This document shows positions 29,072 through 40,887 of a DNA stretch of 64,000 nucleotides, in pieces (position 1 is the stretch's first letter; each line of letters opens with the position of its first letter). The notes under the pieces were generated by a model. It saw only the letters and a list, made by a program, of their open reading frames with translations, made no database searches and was not told the DNA's origin. The stretch lies in the NCBI GenBank assembly GCA_951406725.2, contig OX597817.1:46190001-46254000 (forward strand). Reading direction: 5' to 3'. Position numbers and translations under genes: made by a program. This DNA comes from Octopus vulgaris. Lineage: Eukaryota.

Positions 29072-29690
29072 CAACGAAATGTAATTAATGAATGTATTTG
29101 TTTGTTTCAAAACATATCCTGACTCTAACACGATTCAATTTCTTATTTCCTCCTCATAAAATCAGTTAGCAAGGATTTATTTTATTCTATCGTTATACAA
29201 AGTGAAAACAAATACCTATACACGCTACGTTAATTTACTTTAATGTAAAATAATTTCTAGAACTAACGTAGAATTTCTTTCACATTATACTTCTAGCTTA
29301 CAAGAACCGCTCTCGATCCATAAGTTTTAATGACATTTCACTGTGTACATATATCATGTTTATGTGAATGACATAACAACCAAATGTCACATCAGGAACG
29401 GAAATTTCACACTCAATCGATTTGTATATAAGTTTAAGTCATAAATGTTCCGCACCATTGAATCTCAAGATTATATGATTTGTTTGGTCACTACATCATT
29501 TTAGGAAACTAATAAAGAAAAACAGCTAAGAAACATTTACTGTATTTCAGATCCATTCTACATTGCTGTTAGATTATTTACCAATTTAATACCCAAAGTG
29601 AACAGCGAACTCTGTTCACTTTGGGTAATGTATAATAACATACGCTCCTATGTATTATTGTCTTTAGTAATTTTACCACGACTAGGATTA

Positions 29691-30034
29691 CCTATTTATT
29701 AACAACCCACAAGGGGATAAAGACAGAGAGGACAAACAAGGACAGACAAACAGATTAAGTCGATTATATCGACCCCAGTGCGTAACTGGTACTTATGTAA
29801 TCGACCACGAAAGTATGAAAGGCAAAATCGACCTCGGCAGAATTTGAACTCAGAACGTAAAGGCAGACGAAATATCTATTTCTTTACTACCCACAAAGGG
29901 CTAAACACAGAGATGACAAACAAGGACAGACAAACGGACTAAGTAGAGTATATCGACCCCAGTGCTGGTACTTATTTAATCGACCCCGAAAGCATTTCGC
30001 CCGGCGTGCTAACGTTTCTTCCAGCTCGCCGCCT
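29691..30034 (-). mobile_element. SINE family B dimer with an internal deletion
   Basis: Two units; TSD acgactagga(t/c)ta at 29678 and 30036. Confidence 0.88.
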
Positions 30035-30404
30035 TACGACTAGGACTACTGCTGCTACAATAACACTACAATTTCATATATTACTGTAAAGATAGAGGCA
30101 CATAGTTATAGGATAGGTGCTCGAAATAATATATCGAACTTGGTAAGAAAAAATGCTATCTCATTCGTCCTTGAAAGCTGAAATGCGATATTAGTTCCAG
30201 AATGAATCTACTCATAGTTTACCATTTAGTTTGATGGTGGTGCGCCCATGCTACTGCATTCTTTGCAAAATTAATCAGAATAAATTTAATAATATCTAAT
30301 TGGTCCTAATCTCAGTTGGTAATTAACACACTTTTTGTAAAAGCCTGATCTAATACTAAGTATGCTCATTATTCGTAATAATAATTAATGAGCCCATTTT
30401 AAAA

Positions 30405-30629
30405 GTCTAGCCAGGCTCATGGCTCCGGTTTCTGTGGCGTATGTGTTTCCCAGGTGGACGGGACGCCAGTCCATCGCAGCGATACTCATTTGTGCCAGCT
30501 GAGTGGACTGGAGCAACATGAAATGAAGTGTTCTGCTCAAGAACACAATGCGTCGCCCGGTCCAGGAATCGAGACCAAAATCTTACAATCATGTCGCTGA
30601 CACCCTAACCACTAAGCCACGCGGCTCCA
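30405..30629 (-). mobile_element. SINE family D
   Basis: tRNA-like head gcgtggcttagtggttagggtg, the core shared with 1-258, then tgcgatggactggcgtcccgtcca (V-SINE-like motif). Confidence 0.8.
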
Positions 30630-30801
30630 CAGTAATAATAATAATTTCTTATATTATAATAAGGATGCGCATATCAGGTAGGTGTTTAGCAGAACCGTTC
30701 ACATTCACATTCAGCTTATACAGTAGCTGATCATTTTAGCAAGTCTCCCAATAAGAAAAGCTAAAGCCAAGTTTGCCTTTTGGTTTCCGAGTATAATCCT
30801 T

Positions 30802-31171
30802 ACTCTTTACTCATTTACTTGTCGAGCAAATCGACCCCATGACTTATTCTTTGGAAGCCTAGTACTTATACTATCGATATCATTTTGCCGAAGCGCTAAG
30901 TTACGCGGACGTAAACACACCAGCATCGGTTGTCAAGCGATGCTGGGGGACCAATACAGACACAAACATATACACACATATACATATATATATATATATA
31001 TATACATACGACTGGCTTCTTTCAGTTTCCATCTACCGAATCCACTCACAAGGCTTTGGTCGGCTCGAGGCTATAGTAGAGGAAACTTGCGCAAGGTGTC
31101 ACGCAGTGGGAATGAACCCGAAACCATGTGGTTCTTAAGCAAGCTACTTACCACAGAGCCACTCCTGCACC
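30802..31171 (-). mobile_element. SINE family A
   Basis: Colinear copy. Confidence 0.87.
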
Positions 31172-31369
31172 TTCGAGTATGAAAAGTTATTTTTACTAAC
31201 GCTTTATTCATTTCACAACTCCAAGATTCATTGCCACCATACAGAGCTACAGTCACGTTGATAAACTTTTAGAAATGGATACACACACACACACATACAG
31301 GCACACACGCATACACACACAAACACACACACACACACATACATATATATATTCAGTTGTAGGATTCTT

Positions 31370-31960
31370 CTTGGGGGAGGAGGAGCAGTCGATTAGGTCG
31401 ACCCGAATACACAACTGGTACTTAATTTATCGACTTCGAAAAGATGAAAGGCAAAGTCGACCTCGGCGGAACTCAGAACGTAATAACAGACGAAATAAGG
31501 CTAAGCATTTCGCCCGTTGTGATATAGTCTCAGCCAGCTTGCCGTCATACAAAAATGAAATATTCTTTTTTATTCAAGGAACAAGGCCCGAAATTGTTGG
31601 GGAGGGGACCAGTCGATTCGATCGATCTCAATACGCAACTGGTACTTTATTTATCGACTCCGAAAAGATGAAAGGCAAAGTCGACCTCGGTGGAATGTGA
31701 ACTCATAACGTAAAGATAGACGAAATACCAATTTCTTTACTACCCACAAGGGGCTAAACACAGAGAGGACAAACAAGGACAGACAAACGGATTAAGTCGA
31801 TTATATCGACCGCAGTGCGTAACTGGTACTTATTTAATCGACCCCGAAAGAATGAAAGGCAAAGTCGACCTCGACGGAATTTGAACTCAGAACGCAGCGG
31901 CAGACAAAATACGGCTACGCATTTCGCCCGGCGTGCTAACATTTCTGCCAGCTTCCTGCC
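31370..31960 (-). mobile_element. Cluster of family B SINE units
   Basis: Three B-core units and two heads (near 31545 and 31960). Confidence 0.8.
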
Positions 31961-32717
31961 TTCAATCGAACAAATACTATTTCACTCAAAATGTAGTCGC
32001 AATTCAGTCGATTGTACCATTCGACGAAAATTGTCTAAGGTTTTGCTTATGTTCGATAACCTTAATACTGTTTTGCTGTCTTCTTTGAATTGCTACCACT
32101 TTAGTTTTTTTGTTTTTGTTTTTGTTTTTGTTTTTGTCTTTCATGAGATACTTATTCCATTTATTGTTTATTCCTATTTCTGTGTATTGTTATTTCTCCA
32201 AACCAACGTCATCTGAAGAAATAAAAGTGAAATTATTCTCCACATGGGAAATTTCTAATACAGTGGTTTTATGTAAAGGGTAAAATGTAGAAAGGTTCTC
32301 TTTTATTCCAAAGCTGTTTTGTTGCATTCATACAAATGTTTACTTACGTAAGTTACTGCCGAAGAAGAAGGCGAATAATAGATTGAAAACCGAGAGAGAA
32401 AAAAAGGGGAAGATTTTTTTTTTTACTTTAGTGGCCTTTTCTTTCGAAATGATTTATATATAACTGTTCAAATTACACGCCAAGATACTACTTGCTTTCT
32501 AAAGGATGAAATAAAGGAAGAGAATTAACACTCAAAATAAATCAATTGAAAACCACAATTTATTTCGATTAAGCAGTGTCTTCTTGTTCGGTTTTGTTTT
32601 TGATATTTTGATTAAAGAACTTTATATTGAAATTTGATGGGAACTTTCAAGAAAATTAAATCTTGGAATTAAGAAAAATCGCAAGGGGAAATAATGATGA
32701 TGATGATGATGATGATG

Positions 32718-32777
<60 letters not shown>

Positions 32778-34519
32778 GTAATGATGATGGTGACGATGAA
32801 GTTTATTACCAGCAGGGTCCTTTCATACATACACTGAAAACGTTTTACGTTTGGGTTGCAGAATGTACGCAAGAAGAATATTGAAATAAAAAAAAAACAG
32901 AGAAGTTATATAGACATTAAGCAATATATATATGTGAACATGCTCTGGATTGGATATGAATTATATAGAATAAATAGATAATTTTATAAATGCTTACAAT
33001 CATTGTTTTTAAGTAATTAATTTACATACCTTGAAAAACAATTAAAGTAATCTACTTACAGACTAATGAGAATTCATTAGCCAGTTCACATCAGGACATC
33101 CCTCCAATTGTACCCCCCGGCACTCAGTTCTTCTACCGTGTTAATTTGGAAGTGCTCAATATCCTATTGAAATCGTAGAGTTATCTTCCAATGTAATTTT
33201 GAAATGCTTTTTATCCTTTTATTTTTCGACCGTCGATTTCTTAAATGCCTATGTACACTGCCCTCATTTCAGCAAATTTCGATTCCATTCCCTTTCCAAA
33301 GTGCGACCAGACAGCTTATTAAGACTCTGTGAGTTATTCAAGCAAACGTAAATTTCATGAATTCAGAGTTTTAATTTGTACTCTTGGGGTTTTTTCTTAG
33401 AGACCACCTTCATTCTGTTCATTGAAGGCTCTAAACTTGTGACATATGCTCCCCGCAAAAGCAGTAGTCCCCAATTTCGTTTCTAATTCTGGAGCCTGGT
33501 GTTTTGTAGCTGCCTTGTAGACTCTACTACTCGCTTTATTTATCGCTTGTCCCTCCACGTAAAGATGTTTAATCCTCGGAATCTAATCTAACACACCGCA
33601 AGTGGAAAAGATAAAAACCAACTTTTTAGTAGTATATAAATACCCAGGGACGATCTAATTAATCCTCTAAACTCCTGGGATACAAATCTAATTCTGTCGA
33701 AATATGTATGCTATAGATAATCTTTATTCCACGTAAGATATAAATATTAAAAACCTGTCTTCAGAAACTATTACCAACTAGCGTACACAAAAATTTGCTA
33801 ACTTGCAAAGCAGACACTCAATCATCAACATCCATTGTGATTTTCGAGTTTTATTAAAAATCAAAAACATTACGTTAATATTATTAGTTTCGCTAATAAA
33901 AGCACATTATCTGTCATAACCTCGAAACAGATCATCAAAAGATGCTAGATAAAAGGCATGGTCGAATTCGTATCAGTTACACGTAACTGTCCAGATGAGA
34001 GTTGACTTTTACGTAACCTAAACAGCATAAAACGCTTTACTGTTGTTGATCGGGCATTTATTGGAGTATAAGTTTCTGGTACAGCTTCCAGCTTTTGATG
34101 AATGTCCTTTATAACAGATCTCGATTGATCTATATTGAAAAGTACAGCATCAAATCAAACTTTTAATGATCATTCTTTTTTTATATACTGCCAAAATGCG
34201 AATAATTATGCAAGGTAACGCAATATCATTCCCAGACAGTAATATACGAGCAAAATTACTGACGTATCATTTAAATAGATTGGATACATGATGAGAGACA
34301 GTTGTGATTATTTACAGTTTGTTACAATTGAATTACTTGGTGTGGAAATTAGTATGTTGAAGAATGTGAATGAATTGGTGTTTGCTACACAATTGCTTTG
34401 TTTGAAAACTTAGACTTGTCAAAAATAATTATATACATAAGCTTGTTTTAACCAAACAAATTACTACAAATCTTACAAGGTAATCTTCGTCGTAATGTGC
34501 GTCTACTTTAGCGAGAAGA

Positions 34520-34569
<50 letters not shown>

Positions 34570-34575
<6 letters not shown>

Positions 34576-34760
34576 AGGGAAGAAATGGAGCCGAACGAAG
34601 ATTCTACAAAATTCCTTTTTATTATTTTCTACACATGTTTCAAAGGCTGCAAATTCCCAAATTGCGAATTTGGGAATTTGCAGCCTTTGAAACATGTGTA
34701 GAAAATAATAAAAAGGAATTTTGTAGAATCTTCGTTCGGCTCCATTTCTTCCCTTCACTA
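34570..34760. repeat. Perfect 94-bp inverted repeat with 3-nt loop
   Basis: 34570-34663 is the exact reverse complement of 34667-34760; the ORF track gives near-identical peptides on both strands. Confidence 0.97.
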
Positions 34761-35305
34761 AATATATAAAACTTCAATTATCCGCGCTAAAGCACGGGGG
34801 CGAAACCCCATGGTCGTAACCTCAACCGTGTCTTTTCTGGTGTGATTTTGCTACACAGGTATCGGTTAAATTTTGAATAATCCGTAACAAGATAATTCAT
34901 TTATCCATTTCATTAAATATATATATATATATATAGGTTATAAAATGAGATAGGGGTTGAAAATTCAACCCACCATGGGATAATATATATCCAATATACT
35001 GCTAGATAGGTACCCAACAAAATTAATACATAGATGTTAAAAATTGTCAAGCAATCAGTTCATCTATTGTATTAAATGGGTAAAGGTAATAATATTACGT
35101 AAATTAATACTACAAAATTAGAGAATGGAGAAACATACTTAAATCAGTAAAACATCAACTATCCGATGATACTCAATCCATACTTTAATACACCATTGCA
35201 TATGAGTAAAGGCAATATATAAAATGAAATGAGATATACAGTAATAGTAAAAGTAAAAAGATAAAGAGATATAAGTAAAAAATTTCAAATATAATATGCA
35301 AATAA

Positions 35306-35425
35306 ATCAAAACTGACAGCTGTTTCGGCAGTGAGGACAGTCATACCTCATTTAACCTATAAGCCATAAAGGCAGGTATAAATGAGGCATTAACAAGGAT
35401 GCCCCACGGCCTCTTCAGAGAATTA
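35306..35425 (-). ncRNA. Hammerhead motif with extended stem II (left arm)
   Basis: Mirror of 37171-37290. Confidence 0.72.
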
Positions 35426-35760
35426 AATTAAATTTGTTATAATAGTGAAAAATATTATATAATCATATACATATAAATATAAAAATATAAAAATGTAAAA
35501 TATAAAAACTTATACATCATAATGCTACACTTATATAATATAATACACATTTGTACAAAAAGGAAGGTAAACAGAACAAAATAAAACAAAATATATAACA
35601 GTGTATATATTAATATTAATAAGTACCGATATTATACATATTTGGCTAATAGTTTTTTTATAAAAAAAAAGGGCTAACACATATGGAGATGAAAAATAAT
35701 AATTAAATCCGTGGTACAGTTCATAAAATTCTAAAGCTATAAAAGTTAATAAAAATTACT

Positions 35761-35816
<56 letters not shown>

Positions 35817-36780
35817 TAATAATAATAAAAAATACTAAAAATAGATACAGTTAAGTTAGTACCAAGTCCATCCTTTCAAGATCGAAATAACTATGAGTTA
35901 AGAAATGCTGACCACTAGGTAAAGAAAATTTAGATTAATTCGATTGGCTATTGGTTTGAAATTTAAATCACAAAAGAAAATTATACGGTTGGTTAGTCAA
36001 GGAACGCCAATATTCACACACGCATCTACAGATCAATCGCACATACACACATAGTTATATGTATATACATACACTTATACACATACACAATCACAAGCAA
36101 CAACTAGCACTTAGATAAACAAAAAAGGGAAGCAACTATGCTAACATTTAGTCCTTCAAAATTATAACTGAGCCTTAATAACAAAAAAGAACCATCTATG
36201 CATTCTATAAAATATTTAATTTAGATATAAATATATTTATAAATATCAGTATGTTACTAATTCAGATAATTATTTCATGGGTAACTTAAAATTTATAACA
36301 CCGGTTTGTTACAGAGTAAACATATATATCTGAATTAGTAACATACTGATATTTATAAATATATTTATATCTAAATTAAATATTTTATAGAATGCATGGA
36401 TGGTTCTTTTTTTGTTATTGAGGCTCAGTTATAATTTTGAAGGACTAAATGTTAGCATAGTTGCTTCCCTTTTTTGTTTATCTAAGTGCTAGTTGTTGCT
36501 TGTGATTGTGTATGTGTATAAGTGTATGTATATACATATAACTATGTGTGTATGTGCGATTGATCTGTAGATGCGTGTGTGAATATTGGCGTTCCTTGAC
36601 TAACCAACCGTATAATTTTCTTTTGTGATTTAAATTTCAAACCAATAGCCAATCGAATTAATCTAAATTTTCTTTACCTAGTGGTCAGCATTTCTTAACT
36701 CATAGTTATTTCGATCTTGAAAGGATGGACTTGGTACTAACTTAACTGTATCTATTTTTAGTATTTTTTTATTATTATTA

Positions 36781-36836
<56 letters not shown>

Positions 36837-37170
36837 AGTAATTTTTATTAACTTTTATAGCTTTAGAATTTTATGAACTGTACCACGGATTTAATTATTA
36901 TTTTTCATCTCCATATGTGTTAGCCCTTTTTTTTATAAAAAAACTATTAGCCAAATATGTATAATATCGGTACTTATTAATATTAATATATACACTGTTA
37001 TATATTTTGTTTTATTTTGTTCTGTTTACCTTCCTTTTTGTACAAATGTGTATTATATTATATAAGTGTAGCATTATGATGTATAAGTTTTTATATTTTA
37101 CATTTTTATATTTTTATATTTATATGTATATGATTATATAATATTTTTCACTATTATAACAAATTTAATT

Positions 37171-37290
37171 TAATTCTCTGAAGAGGCCGTGGGGCATCCT
37201 TGTTAATGCCTCATTTATACCTGCCTTTATGGCTTATAGGTTAAATGAGGTATGACTGTCCTCACTGCCGAAACAGCTGTCAGTTTTGAT
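37171..37290 (+). ncRNA. Hammerhead motif with 85-nt stem II region (right arm)
   Basis: ct-CTGAAGA-ggccgtggggca...tgtcctcactgcc-GAAA-cagctGT-C-ag. Stem III acagctgt is palindromic; stem I is weak. Confidence 0.72.
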
Positions 37291-37607
37291 TTATTTGCAT
37301 ATTATATTTGAAATTTTTTACTTATATCTCTTTATCTTTTTACTTTTACTATTACTGTATATCTCATTTCATTTTATATATTGCCTTTACTCATATGCAA
37401 TGGTGTATTAAAGTATGGATTGAGTATCATCGGATAGTTGATGTTTTACTGATTTAAGTATGTTTCTCCATTCTCTAATTTTGTATATATATATATATAT
37501 ATATATATGACGGGAAGCTTTATGAAAATAGACAAAAGACGAAGGTAGGTGGAAAACAAACAAACAATTGTATTAGTATGGCGCTCAGGAAATATAAATA
37601 AAACAAG

Positions 37608-37645
37608 TCTTTAACGTTTCGAGCCTACGCTCTTCAACAGAAAGA
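37608..37645 (-). ncRNA. Minimal PLE-type hammerhead, CUGUUGA core variant
   Basis: Minus: tcttt-CTGTTGA-a-gagc gtag gctc-GAAA-cGT-T-aaaga. Confidence 0.7.
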
Positions 37646-37829
37646 TACACAGAGAGAAAAAAAAACACAGAAAGAAGGAGAGAAAAAAAAATGCGTGCAG
37701 TAACTAACGAATCAACATGGCGATCTGATTTCGGCCAGAGGTCAAGGATCAAACATGAGACGCGAGAGCGAAATAAGGGGAGATAATAGGGTTGATAATA
37801 GGGTTGAATGACCAGCTATTAAGGCGTAG

Positions 37830-37889
37830 GAGAGGTCTGGACGTGTGTATGTATAGGGTTGGTGTATGTATTAGTATGTATTAGTATGT

Positions 37890-37928
<39 letters not shown>

Positions 37929-38175
37929 AGAGAGTATTAGTGTGTAGGATAGGTCTGGACGTGCGTATGTATGGGGTTGGTCTATGTATTAGTATGTATT
38001 AGTATGCATTAGTACGTATTAGTATGTATAAGTGTGTGTGTGTGTGTATGAGAGAGTATAAGTGCGTATGTATAGGGTTGGACGTGTGTATGTATAGGGT
38101 TGGTGTATGTATTAGTATGTATTAGTATGTATTAGTACGTATTAGTATGTATTAGTTGGTGTATGTATTAGTATG
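37830..38175. repeat. Tandem repeats in the PLE 3' UTR
   Basis: Three copies of ggacgtg.gtatgtat.gggttgg followed by (tattagtatg)n and (tg)n. Confidence 0.85.
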
Positions 38176-38479
38176 GCACATCATATATGATGTGATGTGT
38201 AAAGTCGTGTGGTGTAGTGAGGAGAAGAGGGGGAAGAGAAGGGGAGGAGAGGGGGAAGAGGAGAGGAGCGGGGGAGGGGGGAGGAGCGGGAGGAAGGAGG
38301 AAAGAGGGAGAGGGGGAGAGAGAAGGGGAGTGAGGGAGTGAGGGAGCAGAGGGAAGGGGAAGAGGGAAGGAGGGAGGGAGAAAGAGGGAAGAAGGGAAGG
38401 GGAGTAGGGGTGAAAGGATGAAGGACTGAAGAAGTAGGGGTCGGGAGGGAAGGATAGGTGAGGAGGGGGAGAGGGGGTT

Positions 38480-38770
38480 AGATGAGGAGGGGGGAGAGTT
38501 GAGACCAAATGGCGTATAAGAGCGAAGAGAGAAGATTAATTCCTGTTCACGGCGCAAACGGGAATCCGGATGGCCTCTGTGTAAGGACAAACCGAACACA
38601 GATAGGTGTTGCAAGGATTGACCGGTGGAGCGGAAATGGCGTGAGACCGGTGTGTCGTTCGCAAGGTGGATGTCACGAAGGTGTTCCGCGAACCGGTCAG
38701 CCAAGCGGCGTCCCGTTTGTCCGATGTACAAGGATGGCAGAGAGAGCAAGAGACGCAATAGATAATATTG
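38480..38770 (-). pseudogene. PLE GIY-YIG endonuclease domain (frameshifted from RT frame)
   Basis: NIIYCVSCSLC / LYIGQTGRRLADRFAEH...VSRHF...REQELIFSLRSYTPFGLN. Confidence 0.9.
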
Positions 38771-39927
38771 CTGGAGGTGCAGGTGAAGGAGTGGATGATG
38801 GGATAGGGTCGATGGTGGGTGCTAGTGAGGAGGGTGGTGTTGGAGAGGTAAGGGCAAGTGCGGCAACATGGGCGGGAGCAGGGGAACGAGCCGGGTTGGG
38901 AGGTAGGGTCAGGGAAGGAGCTATGGACCAAAAGGTCTCGAAGGTTGTGGGCTCGTTTGAAAGAGGGGAGGGGTCGGTTAGGGAAGATGTGTGAAGTGGA
39001 CGGGTCGGACTGGAGATGACGGAAAGCTCGAAGAATGGTGCGTTGGAGACGTAGGATCGTGGGGTGGTAAGTGAGGGGAAAAGAGAGGTGGGAGACTACA
39101 GGGCGGGTTCGAGGAGAGAGAGCAGATACACGGTCCACGGACCGTGCTCTGACAAGGGCGGTGTGGATAGTGGTGAGGGGGTATCCACGTAGGGTGAAGT
39201 GGTGAGCCATACGTTGAGACTGAGTCTCAAAGTCATGGTCGTCACTACAGAGCCTACGTAGACGGAGGAATTGGGAATAGGGGATGGAAAGCTTGGTGTG
39301 TTCTGGGTGGGAGGAAGAGAAGTTGAGGTATGAGTGTGAGTCTGTGTGTTTGTAGTGAATGAAGGTGGTAAGAGTGGAGTGAAGAATGCTAACCGAAATG
39401 TCGAGGAAGGAGACAGAGGTGTTGGAGATAGTGGAACTGAAGTGGAGGGCTGGATGGAAAGATTGGACGAAAGAGAGGAAGGAATCTAGATGTTCACGGG
39501 AGAGTGAGGTGGCACCGATAATGTCGTCAATGTAACGCCCATATAGTTCAGGAGTGGGACCAGTGAAATTAGAGATTATTTGGGCCTCAACATAGCCAAC
39601 GAACAGGTTCGCATAGTTGGGGCCCATTCGCGTTCCCATGGCCACTCCCGAGATCTGATGGTAGAACTCGCCCGCGAACGAGAACCAGTTCAGAGTAAGG
39701 ACAAGTTCGGCCAGACGAATGAGTGTGGAGGTGCCAGGTACAGGGTTAGAGCGGAGGTCAAGAAAGTGTCGAAGGGCCTGCAGTCCTTCGTGGTGAGGGA
39801 TAACAGTATAGAGGCTTTGGATGTCCATAGTAAAAAGGATTTTGGAGGAGCCGGGAGGAAAGGAGAAAGAGTTGAAAAGCCGGAGAGCATGGTTGGTATC
39901 GTGGATGTGGGAGGGAAGAGATGCCAC
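38536..39927 (-). CDS. PLE reverse transcriptase, thumb and Cys-rich linker (open fragment of a disrupted ORF)
   Basis: FTMDIQSLYT, GVAMGTRMGPNYANLF, YGRYIDDI, SFLDISV, YKHTDSHSYLNFSSSHP, FKRAHNLRDLLV, CSRPCCRTCP. Confidence 0.93.
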   Translation of the reverse strand: MASLPSHIHDTNHALRLFNSFSFPPGSSKILFTMDIQSLYTVIPHHEGLQALRHFLDLRSNPVPGTSTLIRLAELVLTLNWFSFAGEFYHQISGVAMGTRMGPNYANLFVGYVEAQIISNFTGPTPELYGRYIDDIIGATSLSREHLDSFLSFVQSFHPALHFSSTISNTSVSFLDISVSILHSTLTTFIHYKHTDSHSYLNFSSSHPEHTKLSIPYSQFLRLRRLCSDDHDFETQSQRMAHHFTLRGYPLTTIHTALVRARSVDRVSALSPRTRPVVSHLSFPLTYHPTILRLQRTILRAFRHLQSDPSTSHIFPNRPLPSFKRAHNLRDLLVHSSFPDPTSQPGSFPCSRPCCRTCPYLSNTTLLTSTHHRPYPIIHSFTCTSSNIIYCVSCSLCHPCTSDKRDAAWLTGSRNTFVTSTLRTTHRSHAISAPPVNPCNTYLCSVCPYTEAIRIPVCAVNRN

Positions 39928-40700
39928 TAGGGGGCAAGGACACGGTCGAGGTATTTAGAGATGAGCTCCGTGGGGCAGTTACAGGCGGAGACGATGGGGC
40001 CGCCAGGGTTGTTGGGTTTGTGGATTTTGGGGAGGAAGTAAATGGTGGGGGTACGTGGGGTTAGCACAATTAGGTTGGATGCGGTGCAGGGGAGACGGGA
40101 GGACGAGATGAGGTCGTGGACAGTAGAGGATACCGTCTGTTGGTAGCTACGTGTGGGTTAGAGGGCAGAGGGGAATAGAAGGAGGTGTCATTGAGTTGGC
40201 GGAAAGCCTCGGCCCTATAGAGGTCCGCGCGCCACACCACTACAGCTCCACCCTTGTCAGCCGGTTTGATGATAATGTCAGCGCGCCGTTGGAGGGAACG
40301 AAGAGCCAAGAGCTCAGCCGGGGAGATGTTGAGGCGGCGTTGGCGCCTGGAGAAGTTGAACCGCTCCAATGCACGCTGACAAGCGCCCGCGAAAAGATCC
40401 ACTGCTAGGATCTGGCCAGGGGCAGGCGTCCACGGGGATGGTCGGCGGCCCAGGCCAGTGAAGCAGTCCTCTTCGTTGGGTGTGGGTGGCGAGTCGTGGT
40501 AATGCGCACCCAACCGGACACGGCGCACAAAGCTGTGGACATCAACTCGCGTCTGGAATTCCTTACAGGATGGAGTGAGGGGGATGAAACGCAGACCCCT
40601 ACCAAGGACGGAGCGTTCAGCCGCAGAGAGGGGAAGATCGGGGGAATGGTAACAACAGATGGAAGTGGAGAAGGGGTGGGTGGAATAGAAGTAGGAGGGG
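39928..40700 (-). pseudogene. PLE ORF N-terminal part (frameshifted)
   Basis: LSAAERSVLGRGLRFIP, IIIKPADKGGAVVVW (DKG motif), and by hand translation [19 protein letters not shown]. Confidence 0.9.
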
Positions 40701-40836
40701 TGGTAGGTCTCGTGGAGGTCTGAGGGGGAGGGATTGGGGAGGTGTGTGGTTGGTGGTTGGGGGGGCAGTAATGTATGCATCTATGTATGAATGTATGTAT
40801 GAATCTGTGTAAGTATATATTCATATACACATATAT

Positions 40837-40878
<42 letters not shown>

Positions 40879-40887
<9 letters not shown>

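Larger units (their letters stand above)
35111..37485. repeat. Long inverted repeat: ~1.16-kb arms, 58-bp spacer
   Basis: 35111-36268 versus 36327-37485. Only a few differences seen (accatctatg/accatccatg, agccttaat/agcctcaat, one net 1-bp indel). Confidence 0.96.
37509..40770 (-). mobile_element. Penelope-like retroelement (Neptune-like), 5'-truncated and frameshifted, between TA-rich microsatellites
   Basis: RT and GIY-YIG coding remnants, repeat-rich 3' UTR, HHR near the 3' terminus, and GC-rich strand-skewed composition unlike the host DNA. Confidence 0.93.

Noticed and set aside
38509-40723. Plus-strand ORFs overlapping the PLE
   Set aside because: Antisense shadows of a GC-rich coding region with no recognisable motifs.
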